Source: Alphaproteobacteria bacterium (GTDB lineage: Bacteria; Pseudomonadota; Alphaproteobacteria; GCA-2731375). Taken from it: a DNA stretch of 64,000 nt. Positions 19,672 to 29,975 of this stretch are shown here, piece after piece (position 1 is the stretch's first letter; each line of letters opens with the position of its first letter). The stretch spans positions 96,001 through 160,000 of the forward strand of contig CBDDPY010000002.1 in assembly GCA_965232515.1 (NCBI GenBank), in the 5' to 3' direction. Under the pieces are notes generated by a model, which saw only the letters and a list, made by a program, of their open reading frames with translations, did no database searches and was not told the DNA's origin. The position numbers and the translations under genes are program-made.

Positions 19672-20877
19672 ATGACCAAGGCGTTCGACGGCATCAGGGT
19701 GATCGACTTTTCGCAGGTGCTGGCCGGGCCCTATGCGGCCCAGCTTCTGGCCCTGCTGGGCGCCGAGGTGATCAAGATTGAGCAGCCCGGCGTCGGCGAT
19801 CAGACCAGGGCGATGATGACGGACGACGCGCACGCCGCGAAGGCCATGGCGCCGTTCTATCTGAGCGTCAATATCGGCAAGCGGGCGATCACGCTCGACC
19901 TGAAGCATGAACGGGCGCGGGAGATCGTTCATCGGCTGGTGGCGGACGCCGACGTGGTGATTCAGAACTTCCGCGCGGGCGTCATCGACCGGCTGAAGTT
20001 CGGCTACGATGACCTGAAGGCGATCAATCCGAAGCTGGTCTACTGCTCGATCTCAGGCTACGGCCAGGAAGGCCCGAAGGCGGGGGCGGCGGCCTATGAT
20101 GGCGCCATCCAGGCGGCCTCTGGCATCATGTCGATCACGGGCCACCCGGATACTGGGCCGACGCGCGCCGGCTTCATGACCGTCGACATGTCGACCGGGC
20201 TGACCGCGGCTTTCGCCATCGCCAGCGCGTTGTTCCGGCGGCAGGTGACGGGTGAGGGGCAGTATCTCGACGTCTCGATGTTCGACACGGCGTTGTCTGT
20301 GCAGTCGCCCCAGATCTGCAACTATCTGGTCGGCGGCATGCTGCAGGGATTGTTGGGCAACGCCTCGCCGACCAAGCTGCCGACGGCGGACTGCTTCCCG
20401 ACCCGCGACGGCTGGCTGCAGCTCATCGGCCTGACGCCGGGACAGGTGACGGGCATGTTCAAGGCGCTTGGCCTGTCGCATCTTCTGGAAGACCCGCGGT
20501 TCGATACCGTGGAAAAGCGCATTGCCAACGGGCCGGCCATGCAGGACGAGATCAAGAAGGCGCTGACCGAGGACGATGCCACAAGCTGGGAAAAGCGGTT
20601 CGCCGACGCCGGCGTGCCGGCGGCGCGAATCTACGAGATTCCCGATGCGGTCGCGCATCCGCAGCTCGACTACCGCGATGTGCTGCTCGATCTGCCGGCC
20701 CCACGCGGCTTCGATGCCGGCGTGACGCTGGTCAATGCCGGCTTCACCTCGCCGGCTGACGGACCGAGCGCGGACACGCCGCCACCGGCGCTGGGCCAGG
20801 ACACAGACGCGGTGCTGACCGAGCTCGGCTACGGCAGCGACGAGATCGCGGCCTTGCGCGATGCCGGCGTCGTCTGA
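19672..20877 (+). CDS. Family III CoA-transferase
   Basis: [43 protein letters not shown]. Confidence 0.92.
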   Translation: MTKAFDGIRVIDFSQVLAGPYAAQLLALLGAEVIKIEQPGVGDQTRAMMTDDAHAAKAMAPFYLSVNIGKRAITLDLKHERAREIVHRLVADADVVIQNFRAGVIDRLKFGYDDLKAINPKLVYCSISGYGQEGPKAGAAAYDGAIQAASGIMSITGHPDTGPTRAGFMTVDMSTGLTAAFAIASALFRRQVTGEGQYLDVSMFDTALSVQSPQICNYLVGGMLQGLLGNASPTKLPTADCFPTRDGWLQLIGLTPGQVTGMFKALGLSHLLEDPRFDTVEKRIANGPAMQDEIKKALTEDDATSWEKRFADAGVPAARIYEIPDAVAHPQLDYRDVLLDLPAPRGFDAGVTLVNAGFTSPADGPSADTPPPALGQDTDAVLTELGYGSDEIAALRDAGVV

Positions 20878-22066
20878 ACAGGGACCGCCGACGCCGACTG
20901 ATGCGGCCCGCGCCGCCATGGCGCCGGTCATCGACTGGCTGCTGACGGAAGCGCGGGACCTGGACGACATCCCGGCCGTGCTGGCCGGCTTGGGTCCGCG
21001 GTTGCAGGCGGCCGGTCTGCCGGTGCTGATCCTGATCGTCGGTATCCGGCAGCTGCATCCCGAGCTGTTCGCCGTTGTTTCGCGCTGGGATTCCGTCAGC
21101 GGCGAGTGCCACGAGATCCACGGTGCGCACGGCATGGAGGAGAGCGAGTTCTACCGCAACACGCCGCTGCCGCGGATCTTTGCCGGCGCGCCGATGATCC
21201 GCTTCAAGCTGGCGGGACCGGACGCCGATACGACGCTGCCGTTGCTGCCGCGCTACCGGGAGATCGGCGCCACCGAGAGCATCGCCCTGCCGTTGATCTT
21301 CTCCGGCGGCCAGCGCCAGGCCATCGGCTTCATCGGCGACCCGCCCGGCGGTTTCAGCAATGACCAGCTGGCCTGCTTCGCCGCGATCCTGCCGGCCGTC
21401 ACCAGCGTCATCGAGCTGCAGCATTTGCGGGCAACGGCGGTGGGGTTGTTGGATGTCTATGTCGGCCCCGACGCCGGCGCCCGGATCTGGCGGGGCGCGG
21501 TGCGGCGCGGCGACGGCGAGACCATCAACGCCGTCATCTGGTTCTGCGACCTCGTCGGCTTCACGCGGCTGTCGGAAACCCGGCCGCGCGACGAGGTGCT
21601 TGGCGTGCTGAACGGCTTCTTCGACGCGATGGCCGGCCCGATCGACGATGCGGGCGGCACGATCCTGAAATTCCTCGGCGATGGCCTGCTGGCGGTGTTC
21701 CCGCTGCCCGACGCGGCCCACGAGCGCCGGGAGGTCTGCCGCCGCGCCACTGCCGCGGCCGAGGCGGCCTGGCGGAATGTCGAGGATCTTACCGATGGTC
21801 TGTCCTTCAGCATCGCCCTGCACCTGGGCGACGTCATGTTCGGCAATGTCGGCGCCGCCCGGCGCCTCGATTTCACGGTTATCGGCCCGGCGGTCAATCT
21901 TGCCGCACGTCTGGAAAAGCTCGCCCACACCCTCGATCAGCGGGTCGTCATGTCCGCCGACTTCGTGGCCGCCGCCGACATCGATGCCCCCTCCCGCGGC
22001 CGCCACGCGCTGCGGGGCGTCGGGGGCGACGTCGAGGTCTTTGCCCTCACTGAGAAGGGCGCATAG
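20861..22066 (+). CDS. Soluble class III adenylate/guanylate cyclase with a GAF-like N-terminal region
   Basis: WFCDLVGFT, LKFLGDG, LHLGDVMFGNVG, DFTVIGPAVNLAARLE (both metal Asp, Lys, Asn/Arg intact). Confidence 0.88.
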   Translation: MPASSEQGPPTPTDAARAAMAPVIDWLLTEARDLDDIPAVLAGLGPRLQAAGLPVLILIVGIRQLHPELFAVVSRWDSVSGECHEIHGAHGMEESEFYRNTPLPRIFAGAPMIRFKLAGPDADTTLPLLPRYREIGATESIALPLIFSGGQRQAIGFIGDPPGGFSNDQLACFAAILPAVTSVIELQHLRATAVGLLDVYVGPDAGARIWRGAVRRGDGETINAVIWFCDLVGFTRLSETRPRDEVLGVLNGFFDAMAGPIDDAGGTILKFLGDGLLAVFPLPDAAHERREVCRRATAAAEAAWRNVEDLTDGLSFSIALHLGDVMFGNVGAARRLDFTVIGPAVNLAARLEKLAHTLDQRVVMSADFVAAADIDAPSRGRHALRGVGGDVEVFALTEKGA

Positions 22067-22133
22067 AGCCGGATATTGGCCCTGGCGCGGGAAATTTGCG
22101 AAGATGGCGCGATCCTGAGCTGTGGGGGCGTTC

Positions 22134-23315
22134 GTGCGCGCGAAAGTCTTTGCCATCCTGCTGCTGGTCCTGCCGATCTCGGCCTGCCGGCAGGATACGA
22201 TTGGCTGCTTCGAGGGCATGCTGGCGCATGTGTTGGGCCGGTCCGCCGCGGCCGCCGATCACTACGATCGGTGTATCGGCAGTGCGCTGCCGACGAATTC
22301 CTGGATGCAGCTCATCTATGCGCTTCGGGCGAGCGCGAATTCGAGCGCCGGAGAATATAATGCGGCGATCCGAGACTATGATTTCCTCCTGCACTTCGAG
22401 CCCGACAACACGGCCAATCTGCATGCGCGGGGCTATGCCCTTGCCGCCATGGCGCAGTACGAGAGGGCCATTGGCGACTACAACGCCGCGCTCCGCATGG
22501 TGCCGGAAGATCCTCACGTTATGAGCAACAGAGGACGGGCCTATGCCGCGCAGGGCCAGCATCAACTGGCCATCGCCGACTACAATGCGGCGTTGACGAT
22601 TGAGCCGGGACGCCTGACAACCTTGCACAGTCGGGGCGTTGCCTACGGCCGGCTGGGGCAGCATGACAAGGCCATTGCCGACTACGGCGCGGTTATTGAA
22701 GAGCAGCCGAGCTTGAAGGCGCATTTCAATCGCGGTCTGGCGCGCGCCCATCTAGGTCGTCATCAAGCGGCAATCGAGGACTTCAGCGCGGCGATTGCGT
22801 TCGGCGGAGAAATTGAAGCGGCGGTTTATCGGCGCGGACGGCTTTACCGCGAACAGGGCAGGATGGCCGACGCGGCCGCCGACTTCACGACGTTGCTGCG
22901 CTTGCGGCCGGACGATATCGACGCCCGCCTGCGGCGCGCCGAAACGCATGCCGCGACCGGCGACTACGACAAGGCGTTGGCTGACCACAACGAAGCCGTT
23001 CGGCAGCGACCGCGCGATGGGCGGATCTATTCACGCCGTGGCGCGGTCCATGCCGCGATGAACGACGACGAGGCCGCGATTGCGGATTTCACGCGCGCAT
23101 TGCAAATCGATCCCAACGATGTCGAAGCGTTGAGAGACCGGTGTGGCGCTAATCATCGCCTGGGCCGGTTGGACGCGGCCAGGCGCGATCGGGACGCGAT
23201 CTATCGCCTGGTAACCGGGTGGCCGGCGACGGACGAGCCCGATGACGGCGCAGATTTCGATTGTCTGCCGAGGAAGCAGGCGCGTCTCATCGGTCGACCG
23301 ACAGCCACCGCTTGA
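22134..23315 (+). CDS. TPR-repeat protein, probable lipoprotein
   Basis: (M)RAKVFAILLLVLPISA-C lipobox; repeated RG.AY...G....AIADY..AL...P units. Confidence 0.8.
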   Translation: MRAKVFAILLLVLPISACRQDTIGCFEGMLAHVLGRSAAAADHYDRCIGSALPTNSWMQLIYALRASANSSAGEYNAAIRDYDFLLHFEPDNTANLHARGYALAAMAQYERAIGDYNAALRMVPEDPHVMSNRGRAYAAQGQHQLAIADYNAALTIEPGRLTTLHSRGVAYGRLGQHDKAIADYGAVIEEQPSLKAHFNRGLARAHLGRHQAAIEDFSAAIAFGGEIEAAVYRRGRLYREQGRMADAAADFTTLLRLRPDDIDARLRRAETHAATGDYDKALADHNEAVRQRPRDGRIYSRRGAVHAAMNDDEAAIADFTRALQIDPNDVEALRDRCGANHRLGRLDAARRDRDAIYRLVTGWPATDEPDDGADFDCLPRKQARLIGRPTATA

Positions 23316-23363
23316 CAGCCCGTCGGCATGGCCGTCAGCCTGTGGCGGAGCAAGGAGATCAGC

Positions 23364-23870
23364 ATGACAGAAACCGCGACGCGTAAGGCCGTGGTGCTGC
23401 AGCCGGATGATGGCAAGCACTATTGGCAGCCGCAGCCGACCGGCGGCTATGCCTCGGTCAAGCTGGCGGCCGGCGAGACCGGCCGCGACGACTATTCCAT
23501 GGGCATCCAGGTGGTGCCGCCCGGCGGCATGGTGCGCCAGCACGCGCACACTCGGAACGATGAGGTGCTGTTCTTCTGGGAAGGCGAGGGGCGCGCCATC
23601 ATCGACGGCGAGGAGCATCAATTGCGCCCCGGCACCACGGTGCTGGCCGTGCCCTATGCCCAGCACTGTTTTATCAACGACGGCGACAGCGATCTGAAGT
23701 TCGTCTGGATGATGCTGCCGGCCGACCTGGAGAACTGGTTTGCCGCCATCGGCCGGCCGCGCACGCCGGGCGAGCCGGCGCCGGCGCCGTTCGAGCGGCC
23801 CGCCGATATCGGCGATATCCAGGAAGCGCACGGCTTCGTGCGCAGTGACGCGGTTTCGGAGAAGGTCTGA
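23364..23870 (+). CDS. Cupin domain protein
   Basis: HAHTRNDE and PYAQH cupin metal motifs; AAGGAG RBS before ATG 23364. Confidence 0.85.
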   Translation: MTETATRKAVVLQPDDGKHYWQPQPTGGYASVKLAAGETGRDDYSMGIQVVPPGGMVRQHAHTRNDEVLFFWEGEGRAIIDGEEHQLRPGTTVLAVPYAQHCFINDGDSDLKFVWMMLPADLENWFAAIGRPRTPGEPAPAPFERPADIGDIQEAHGFVRSDAVSEKV

Positions 23871-23873
23871 CGT

Positions 23874-25055
23874 ATGAAGCTTGAAGGTATTCGCGTACTG
23901 GATCTGTCGCGGTTTTTGCCGGGACCGCATCTGACCATGATGATGGCCGATCACGGCGCCGAGGTGATCAAGATCGAGGACACGGTCAGCGGCGACGCGA
24001 CCCGCCATATCGGCCCCAAGAAGGACGGCTTGACGGTCTATTTCCGTAACGCCAACCGGGGCAAGCGCGGCTTCGCCGTCAACCTGAAGAGCGACGAGGG
24101 CCGCGAGGTTTTCATGCGGCTCGCCGAAACTGCCGATGTCATCGTCGAGACGTTCCGGCCGGGCGTGGTCGACCGCCTGGGCATCGGCTATGACGCGGTG
24201 GCCGCCCGCGCGCCGCAAATCGTCTATTGCGGCATTTCGGCTTTCGGCCAGGACGGCCCCTACCGCGACCGTCCTGCGCACGATCTCAGCGTCGGCGCGC
24301 TCGCCGGCACCGTCGCGCTCAGTTTGGGGGCCGACGGCATGCCGAATATGCCGGGCCTGCCGCCGGCCGACATGGGCGGCTCGCTGATGGCGCTGTCGGG
24401 CATCCTGATGGCGCTGCTGCGGCGGGTCGAGACCGGCCGTGGCGATTATCTCGACATGTCCATGTTCGACGCCATCGTTTCCTGGACGCCGCACATTACC
24501 GGCACCGTCTTCGCCGAGGGCCGGGCACCGGTGCCGAGCGAGCAACGCACCCAGGGCGGCAGCGCCTTCTACCGCGTCTTCCGGACCAGCGATGGTCTTT
24601 GCGTAACGCTGGGCGGCAGCGAGATGAAGTTCGTCGAGAACCTGCTGACGGCGCTGGAGCGCCCCGACCTGATCGACGTGGCGCGACGACCGCCGGGGCC
24701 GGAGCAGGCGCCGCTGCACGAATTCCTGGAGGCGACCTTCGCCGAGCGGACGCAGGCCGAGTGGGACGAATGGTTCCAGGGCCGCGACGTCTGCTTCGCG
24801 CCGGTGCAGGATCTGAAGGCGGCGTTTGCCGACCCGCATCTGCAGGCGCGCGACATGCTGCTGTTCGACGACGACGGCAACGAGCATATCGGCATCCCGA
24901 TCAAGTTCCGCAACGAGCCGGGGCGGATCGAGCCGCGCGCGCCGGCATTGGGCGGGGATACGACGGCCATATTGCAGGAAATCGGCTACGCCGAGACGGA
25001 AATCGGCGAATTGCAGGCCAACGCGGTTGTCGGCGGCGGTTCTGCCAACTCATGA
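23874..25055 (+). CDS. Family III CoA-transferase (alpha-methylacyl-CoA racemase-like HD motif)
   Basis: LEGIRVLDLS, NRGKRG, ETFRPGV, PAHDL. Confidence 0.9.
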   Translation: MKLEGIRVLDLSRFLPGPHLTMMMADHGAEVIKIEDTVSGDATRHIGPKKDGLTVYFRNANRGKRGFAVNLKSDEGREVFMRLAETADVIVETFRPGVVDRLGIGYDAVAARAPQIVYCGISAFGQDGPYRDRPAHDLSVGALAGTVALSLGADGMPNMPGLPPADMGGSLMALSGILMALLRRVETGRGDYLDMSMFDAIVSWTPHITGTVFAEGRAPVPSEQRTQGGSAFYRVFRTSDGLCVTLGGSEMKFVENLLTALERPDLIDVARRPPGPEQAPLHEFLEATFAERTQAEWDEWFQGRDVCFAPVQDLKAAFADPHLQARDMLLFDDDGNEHIGIPIKFRNEPGRIEPRAPALGGDTTAILQEIGYAETEIGELQANAVVGGGSANS

Positions 25056-25135
25056 CGTGTGTTAGCCTCCGGGCTGTCAGACGGGGCATCTGACCGACGC
25101 TCCGGCCGGCTCTAGCCAGCCACGAGGCAACCGCC

Positions 25136-28100
25136 ATGCTTTGTCACCGGTGCGGCGCCGAAAACGCGGACGATCGCCGATTCTGTCGCGACTGCGGTGC
25201 GTCGTTGAAGGTCGTGTGTGCTGCCTGCGGCTTCGAGAACGAACCCGGCGCCAAGTTTTGCGGCGGCTGTGGCGTCAAGCTCGCGGCGGCCGATGCGGCC
25301 GAGCCCGGCGCCCTGCAGCCGCGCCTGCCGCGACATCTGGCCGAACGCATTCTGAGCTCTCGGGCCGCGCTGGTTGGCGAGCGTAAGCAGGTAACGATCC
25401 TGTTCGCCGATATCACCGGATCGACCGCGATGATCGAGGCGCTGGATCCCGAACAGGCCGCCAAGCGTCTAGAGCCGACGCTGCGGCTGATGATGGAGGC
25501 CGTGCATCGCTTCGAAGGGACCGTGAACCGGGTGCACGGCGATGGCATCATGGCGCTGTTCGGCGCGCCGCTGGCGCTCGAGGATCATGCTGCCGCCGCC
25601 TGTTTCTCGGCGCTGGCGATGCAGGATGCGGTGAAGGCGGCGACCGATCTCGACACCCGGATCCGCGTCGGCCTGCATTCCGGCGAGGTCGTGGTGCGCT
25701 CCATCGACAACGATCTGTCCATGGACTACGACGCCGTCGGCGCCGCCGTGCACGTGGCGAACCGCATGGAGCAGCTTGCCGCGCCAGGCGGCATCCGCCT
25801 GACCGGCAAGACCCGACAGATGGCCGAGGGCTTCATCCGTACCCGGCCGCTGGGCGCGGCGCCGGTCAAGGGCATCAGCGAGCCGATCCGAATTTACGAG
25901 CTGACCGGCCGGACCACGGTGCGGACGAGTTGGGAGGTGCGCGCGGCGCGCGGTCTGACGACCTTCGTCGGGCGCGAGGCGGACATGGGCCGGCTGATCT
26001 CGGCGATCGAGAGGGCGAGCGGCGGTTTGGGCCAGATCGCCGCCATCATGGGCGAGCCGGGCATGGGCAAGTCGCGGCTGGTGCACGAATTCGTCAGCCG
26101 ACACCGGCCGCAAGGCTGGGCCGTGTTCGAGGCCGGCGGCGTCCGGCACGGCGAGCACACGCCTTATCTGCCGGCCAGCAATCTGTTGCGCACCTGGGCC
26201 GAGATCGGCGACCGCGACAGCCAGGCCGATATCACCCGCAAGATCAGCGAGCGCCTGGCCAGCGTCGATCAGCAGATGCTGCACGCCCTGCCGGCGTTTC
26301 AAGCGGTGCTCGACGTGCCGGTCGACGACGTCGCCTGGCGCGATCTGGATCCGACGCAGAAACGCCGTCGCATCATCGAGGCCTTAAAGACGCTGATCCT
26401 GCGCAGTACCGAGGTGGTGCCGCTGCTGCTGGTGATCGAGGACCTGCATTGGATCGACGCCGAGACGCTGACCATCATCAACGATCTGGTCGCCAGCCTG
26501 GGCAAGTATCGGGTGCTAGTGCTGGTCACGTACCGGCCCGAGTTCACGCATAGATGGGGCGGGCAGGACAACTGCACGCTAATCCAGACCGAACCGCTGG
26601 TCGCCGATACGGCCGAACGACTGCTCAGCGCCATGCTGGGCAACGACGCCAGTCTCGACCAGCTGAAGCAATTGCTGATCGCCCGCTCTGAGGGCACGCC
26701 GCTTTTCCTTGAGGAGTCGGTACGCACGCTGGTCGAAACCGGCGTGCTGACGGGCGAGCCCGGCGACTACGGGCTGAACCAGCTGCTGGACGAGATCGAT
26801 ATCCCGGACAGCGTGCAGGCGGTGCTGGCCGCGCGCATCGACCGGCTGCCGCCGGAGCACAAGAACCTGCTGCAATCGGCGTCCGTCATCGGCAAGGACG
26901 TGCCGGTCGACCTGCTGCGGGAGATCGAGGGGCTGCCGGCCGAGGAGTTGCGGCAACGGTTGGCGGAATTGCAGACATCGGAATTCCTCTACGAGACCCG
27001 GCTGCTGCCTGACCAGGAATTCACTTTCAAGCATGCGCTGACCCACGAAGTGGCCTATGACAGCGTGCTGCTGGAGCAGCGCCGGAACCTGCATGCCCGG
27101 GTCGTGGCGATCATCGAAGGGAACCAACCGGAACGCCTGGAAGAGCAGGTCGACCGGCTGGCCGATCATGCCTTCCGCGGCGAGTTGTGGGACAAGGCGG
27201 CGCGCTATCACCTTCAGGCCTGCGCCCGCGCCATTGGCCGGTCGGCCATTCGCGAGACCATCGCGCTGTTCGAGCGTGGCCTGGAGGCGTTGTCGCATCT
27301 ACCCGACAACCCGCTGAAGGCAAAGCTCGCCATCGACTTGCGTCTGGTCGCCGTCGGCGCCTTCATTCCGTTCGGCGCCCAGGAGCGCATGGTCGCCGAG
27401 CTGCGCGAGGCCGAGCGGCTTGCGGCCTCGGTCGAGGACGAGCGCCGCCTCGGATCCGTGTCCAGCCAGCTTTGCGTGACACTTTGGATGATGGGCGATC
27501 ACGCCCGGGCGTTGGAGGCCGGCGAACGCGCGGTCAAGATCTCGGAGGCGACCGACAACTATCCACAGCAGCTGGCCGCGCGATTCAGTGTCGGCATGGT
27601 GCGGCACGCATTCGGCGAATTCCGGCAATCGATCGATATTCATCGTGCGCTGCTGGACGAGGTTTCGGGCGGCGAACTGCAATACAAACGCATGGGCTGG
27701 GCCGCTTATCCGTCGGTCTTCATCCAGACGTTCCTGGCCTCGGCGCTGATCGAGATCGGCGAATTTGCCGAGGCGCGGGCGCATGTCGATGACGGTTGTC
27801 GGGTCGCGGACGAGGTCGCGCATCCCTATTCGCAGGTCACGATCCACGATTTCAAGGGCCATCTACTGCTGGCCATGGGTGAGGTCGATGCCGCCGTCGA
27901 AGTGCTCGAAATCTGTTACGCACGGTGCCAGGAGGAGGACATCCTGACGCTGATGCCGTCCGTGCTGTCACGCCTGGGCACGGCATACGCACGGTCCGGC
28001 CGCGTCGACGAAGCGATCGCGGTGCTGGAGCGGGCCGCCAATCCAAAGCTCTACAGCCGGGGCGGCCGCTACACCTGGACCTGGGTGTTTCAGGCCCTGG

Positions 28101-28492
28101 CAGAGGCTTATCTGCGGGCCGGCCGACTGGACGATGCCCGTGACTGGGCCAAGCGCAGCTTCGATCTGACTTCGCAGACCAAGGAGCGCGCCCACCACGC
28201 CGGTTCGCTGAAGCTGCTGGGCGACATCCACCGCAAGGCAGGCAGGCAGGAACATGCCGACGCCGAGCGGGCCTATGGCGAAGCCATCGCGCTCGCCGAG
28301 AACTGCGAGATGCGGCCGCTGATCGCCCGGTGTCGGCTATCGCTCGGCAAGCTCCATCTTGCGGGCAATCGTCAGGCAGAGGCAGCCGACGCGCTCGCCG
28401 CGGCCGCCGCGCTGTTCGAACAGATGGGACTGGAGCGGCTGCTCCGGCAGGTGCAGCAACAGCAGGGCGCCTTAGTCCACGCCCGCGCTTGA
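25136..28492 (+). CDS. Double Zn-ribbon + class III cyclase + STAND AAA ATPase + TPR protein
   Basis: Four CxxC pairs; LFADITGST and GDGIMALFG; FVGRE, GEPGMGKSRL, IEDLHWID, EGTPLF, FKHAL; TPR-like C-terminus. Confidence 0.9.
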   Translation: MLCHRCGAENADDRRFCRDCGASLKVVCAACGFENEPGAKFCGGCGVKLAAADAAEPGALQPRLPRHLAERILSSRAALVGERKQVTILFADITGSTAMIEALDPEQAAKRLEPTLRLMMEAVHRFEGTVNRVHGDGIMALFGAPLALEDHAAAACFSALAMQDAVKAATDLDTRIRVGLHSGEVVVRSIDNDLSMDYDAVGAAVHVANRMEQLAAPGGIRLTGKTRQMAEGFIRTRPLGAAPVKGISEPIRIYELTGRTTVRTSWEVRAARGLTTFVGREADMGRLISAIERASGGLGQIAAIMGEPGMGKSRLVHEFVSRHRPQGWAVFEAGGVRHGEHTPYLPASNLLRTWAEIGDRDSQADITRKISERLASVDQQMLHALPAFQAVLDVPVDDVAWRDLDPTQKRRRIIEALKTLILRSTEVVPLLLVIEDLHWIDAETLTIINDLVASLGKYRVLVLVTYRPEFTHRWGGQDNCTLIQTEPLVADTAERLLSAMLGNDASLDQLKQLLIARSEGTPLFLEESVRTLVETGVLTGEPGDYGLNQLLDEIDIPDSVQAVLAARIDRLPPEHKNLLQSASVIGKDVPVDLLREIEGLPAEELRQRLAELQTSEFLYETRLLPDQEFTFKHALTHEVAYDSVLLEQRRNLHARVVAIIEGNQPERLEEQVDRLADHAFRGELWDKAARYHLQACARAIGRSAIRETIALFERGLEALSHLPDNPLKAKLAIDLRLVAVGAFIPFGAQERMVAELREAERLAASVEDERRLGSVSSQLCVTLWMMGDHARALEAGERAVKISEATDNYPQQLAARFSVGMVRHAFGEFRQSIDIHRALLDEVSGGELQYKRMGWAAYPSVFIQTFLASALIEIGEFAEARAHVDDGCRVADEVAHPYSQVTIHDFKGHLLLAMGEVDAAVEVLEICYARCQEEDILTLMPSVLSRLGTAYARSGRVDEAIAVLERAANPKLYSRGGRYTWTWVFQALAEAYLRAGRLDDARDWAKRSFDLTSQTKERAHHAGSLKLLGDIHRKAGRQEHADAERAYGEAIALAENCEMRPLIARCRLSLGKLHLAGNRQAEAADALAAAAALFEQMGLERLLRQVQQQQGALVHARA

Positions 28493-28505
28493 ACGATTTT
28501 CGACT

Positions 28506-29957
28506 TTAGAGCGCCGAGAGATAGCGCAGCGCGTTGATGCCCGGCATGAAAAAGTAGCCGCCGCCCTTGACGGTGACGAAGCGGGGAATACCGGTCACCC
28601 GTTGACGGACCGGCGCGCCGGGCACGGTCATGACGCCGCCGGCGCCAGCCGGCTGGTCGCCCAGCAGCGGGTCCTTTTCGTCATAGAGACCGTGGAACTT
28701 GGTGCTGTTCAGCCAGGTCTGCTGCACGAACTCGAACTGCCGCTCGATATTGGCGGCGACGCAGATGAACATCAGGCCGCGCTCGCGCTGGTCTGCCTTG
28801 TCGAAGCGGTCGGCGAGGCGGGGCCCGTAGATGCGGCCCCGCCTGAGCATGCGATGGCGGTTGGCGAGCTGCGCCGCCTCCGCCGGATCGTCCAGCAGGG
28901 AGTCGCGGGGATTGGCGCGTCGGATATGAGCCCCGATCGGGCAGCGGTAGCCCTGTCGGTCGTCGGCATGGAAGCCGAAGTTGTTGTCGTGCGCCCGGCG
29001 CCGGTCGTCCTCATGCGGCGTGACCGTCAAGGGCGCGCCGCTGCGCCAGCGGCCGACGAACTTCGCCGCCAGCAGCTCCATGGCATCGGCATCCGACGCG
29101 CCGGGTTCGATGCCCGACGCCTGGGCGACGAAGTGCCAGAAGCCGGCGACGTCCTGCGCCAGCTGGCGCACCACCAGATAGCTGCCATTGAATCCGAAAT
29201 CGCGGCGTCCGCCCTGGAGATCGTCGGTCATCGGCAGCAGTCGCTTGGCGTTCTCGTCGCGCGCCACCGAGGGGGACAGGGGGCGCTGACCGTGTTCGTT
29301 CAGATAGCCGAGCACGAACTCACCGGCTTTGACCGTACCGGTCGGTCCGGCCAGGATCGAAATCCGGCGGGCGCGTGGGGTGTCGGCGATCACCGGCTGC
29401 GAAATCCCGTCGCGGAACCCGAAATGCTCGAGCCCCTCGTCGGGGGACCGGGCGCGCAAGGGCTCGCCGACGACATGGCCGGCCGCGTCAAACTGTGCCG
29501 TGTGTTTGGCGATCATGTCATCGAGCGTCTGGGCTTCGGGCGCGAACAGCAACAGCAACACATGGATGGCGTCGCCGTTCTTATCTTCGGCGCCCCATTG
29601 CCAGTTTTCCGGCGCACTTGCGTCGGTGTCGCCGAGGACTTTCGAGCGCAGCGGCGCCGCCATGCCTTCGCGGAAGTACCAAGGGAAGGTATCGAGGGCG
29701 CCGTCCGACAGTCCGAGCGCCTTCAAGCCGTCCCAGGTGAAGGCGATGTTGAGCTTGTTCGCCGGCTTCGCGCGTTCGTTTTCGAGCTCGACCCTGCCGC
29801 GCAGCTTCGATGTGGTCACCTGATCGGTAAGTTTCGTCAGCCAGGCGCGCGCGGCCGCCGGATCATCGATGTGCAGCAGCAGATAACAGGCCTGCGGCGC
29901 TTCCGGATAGCCCCGTAGCACCATGCCCTGAACGTCGCCCCAATCGACCGGTCTCAT
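28506..29957 (-). CDS. DyP-type (dye-decolorizing) heme peroxidase, no export signal
   Basis: EHFGFRDGISQP (GxxDG), GSYLVVRQL, GAHIRRANPR (proximal His), RMLRRG (distal Arg), QFEFVQ, GGGYFFMPG. Confidence 0.92.
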   Translation of the reverse strand: MRPVDWGDVQGMVLRGYPEAPQACYLLLHIDDPAAARAWLTKLTDQVTTSKLRGRVELENERAKPANKLNIAFTWDGLKALGLSDGALDTFPWYFREGMAAPLRSKVLGDTDASAPENWQWGAEDKNGDAIHVLLLLFAPEAQTLDDMIAKHTAQFDAAGHVVGEPLRARSPDEGLEHFGFRDGISQPVIADTPRARRISILAGPTGTVKAGEFVLGYLNEHGQRPLSPSVARDENAKRLLPMTDDLQGGRRDFGFNGSYLVVRQLAQDVAGFWHFVAQASGIEPGASDADAMELLAAKFVGRWRSGAPLTVTPHEDDRRRAHDNNFGFHADDRQGYRCPIGAHIRRANPRDSLLDDPAEAAQLANRHRMLRRGRIYGPRLADRFDKADQRERGLMFICVAANIERQFEFVQQTWLNSTKFHGLYDEKDPLLGDQPAGAGGVMTVPGAPVRQRVTGIPRFVTVKGGGYFFMPGINALRYLSAL

Positions 29958-29975
29958 GCGCTTCGTTTCCCGCCG

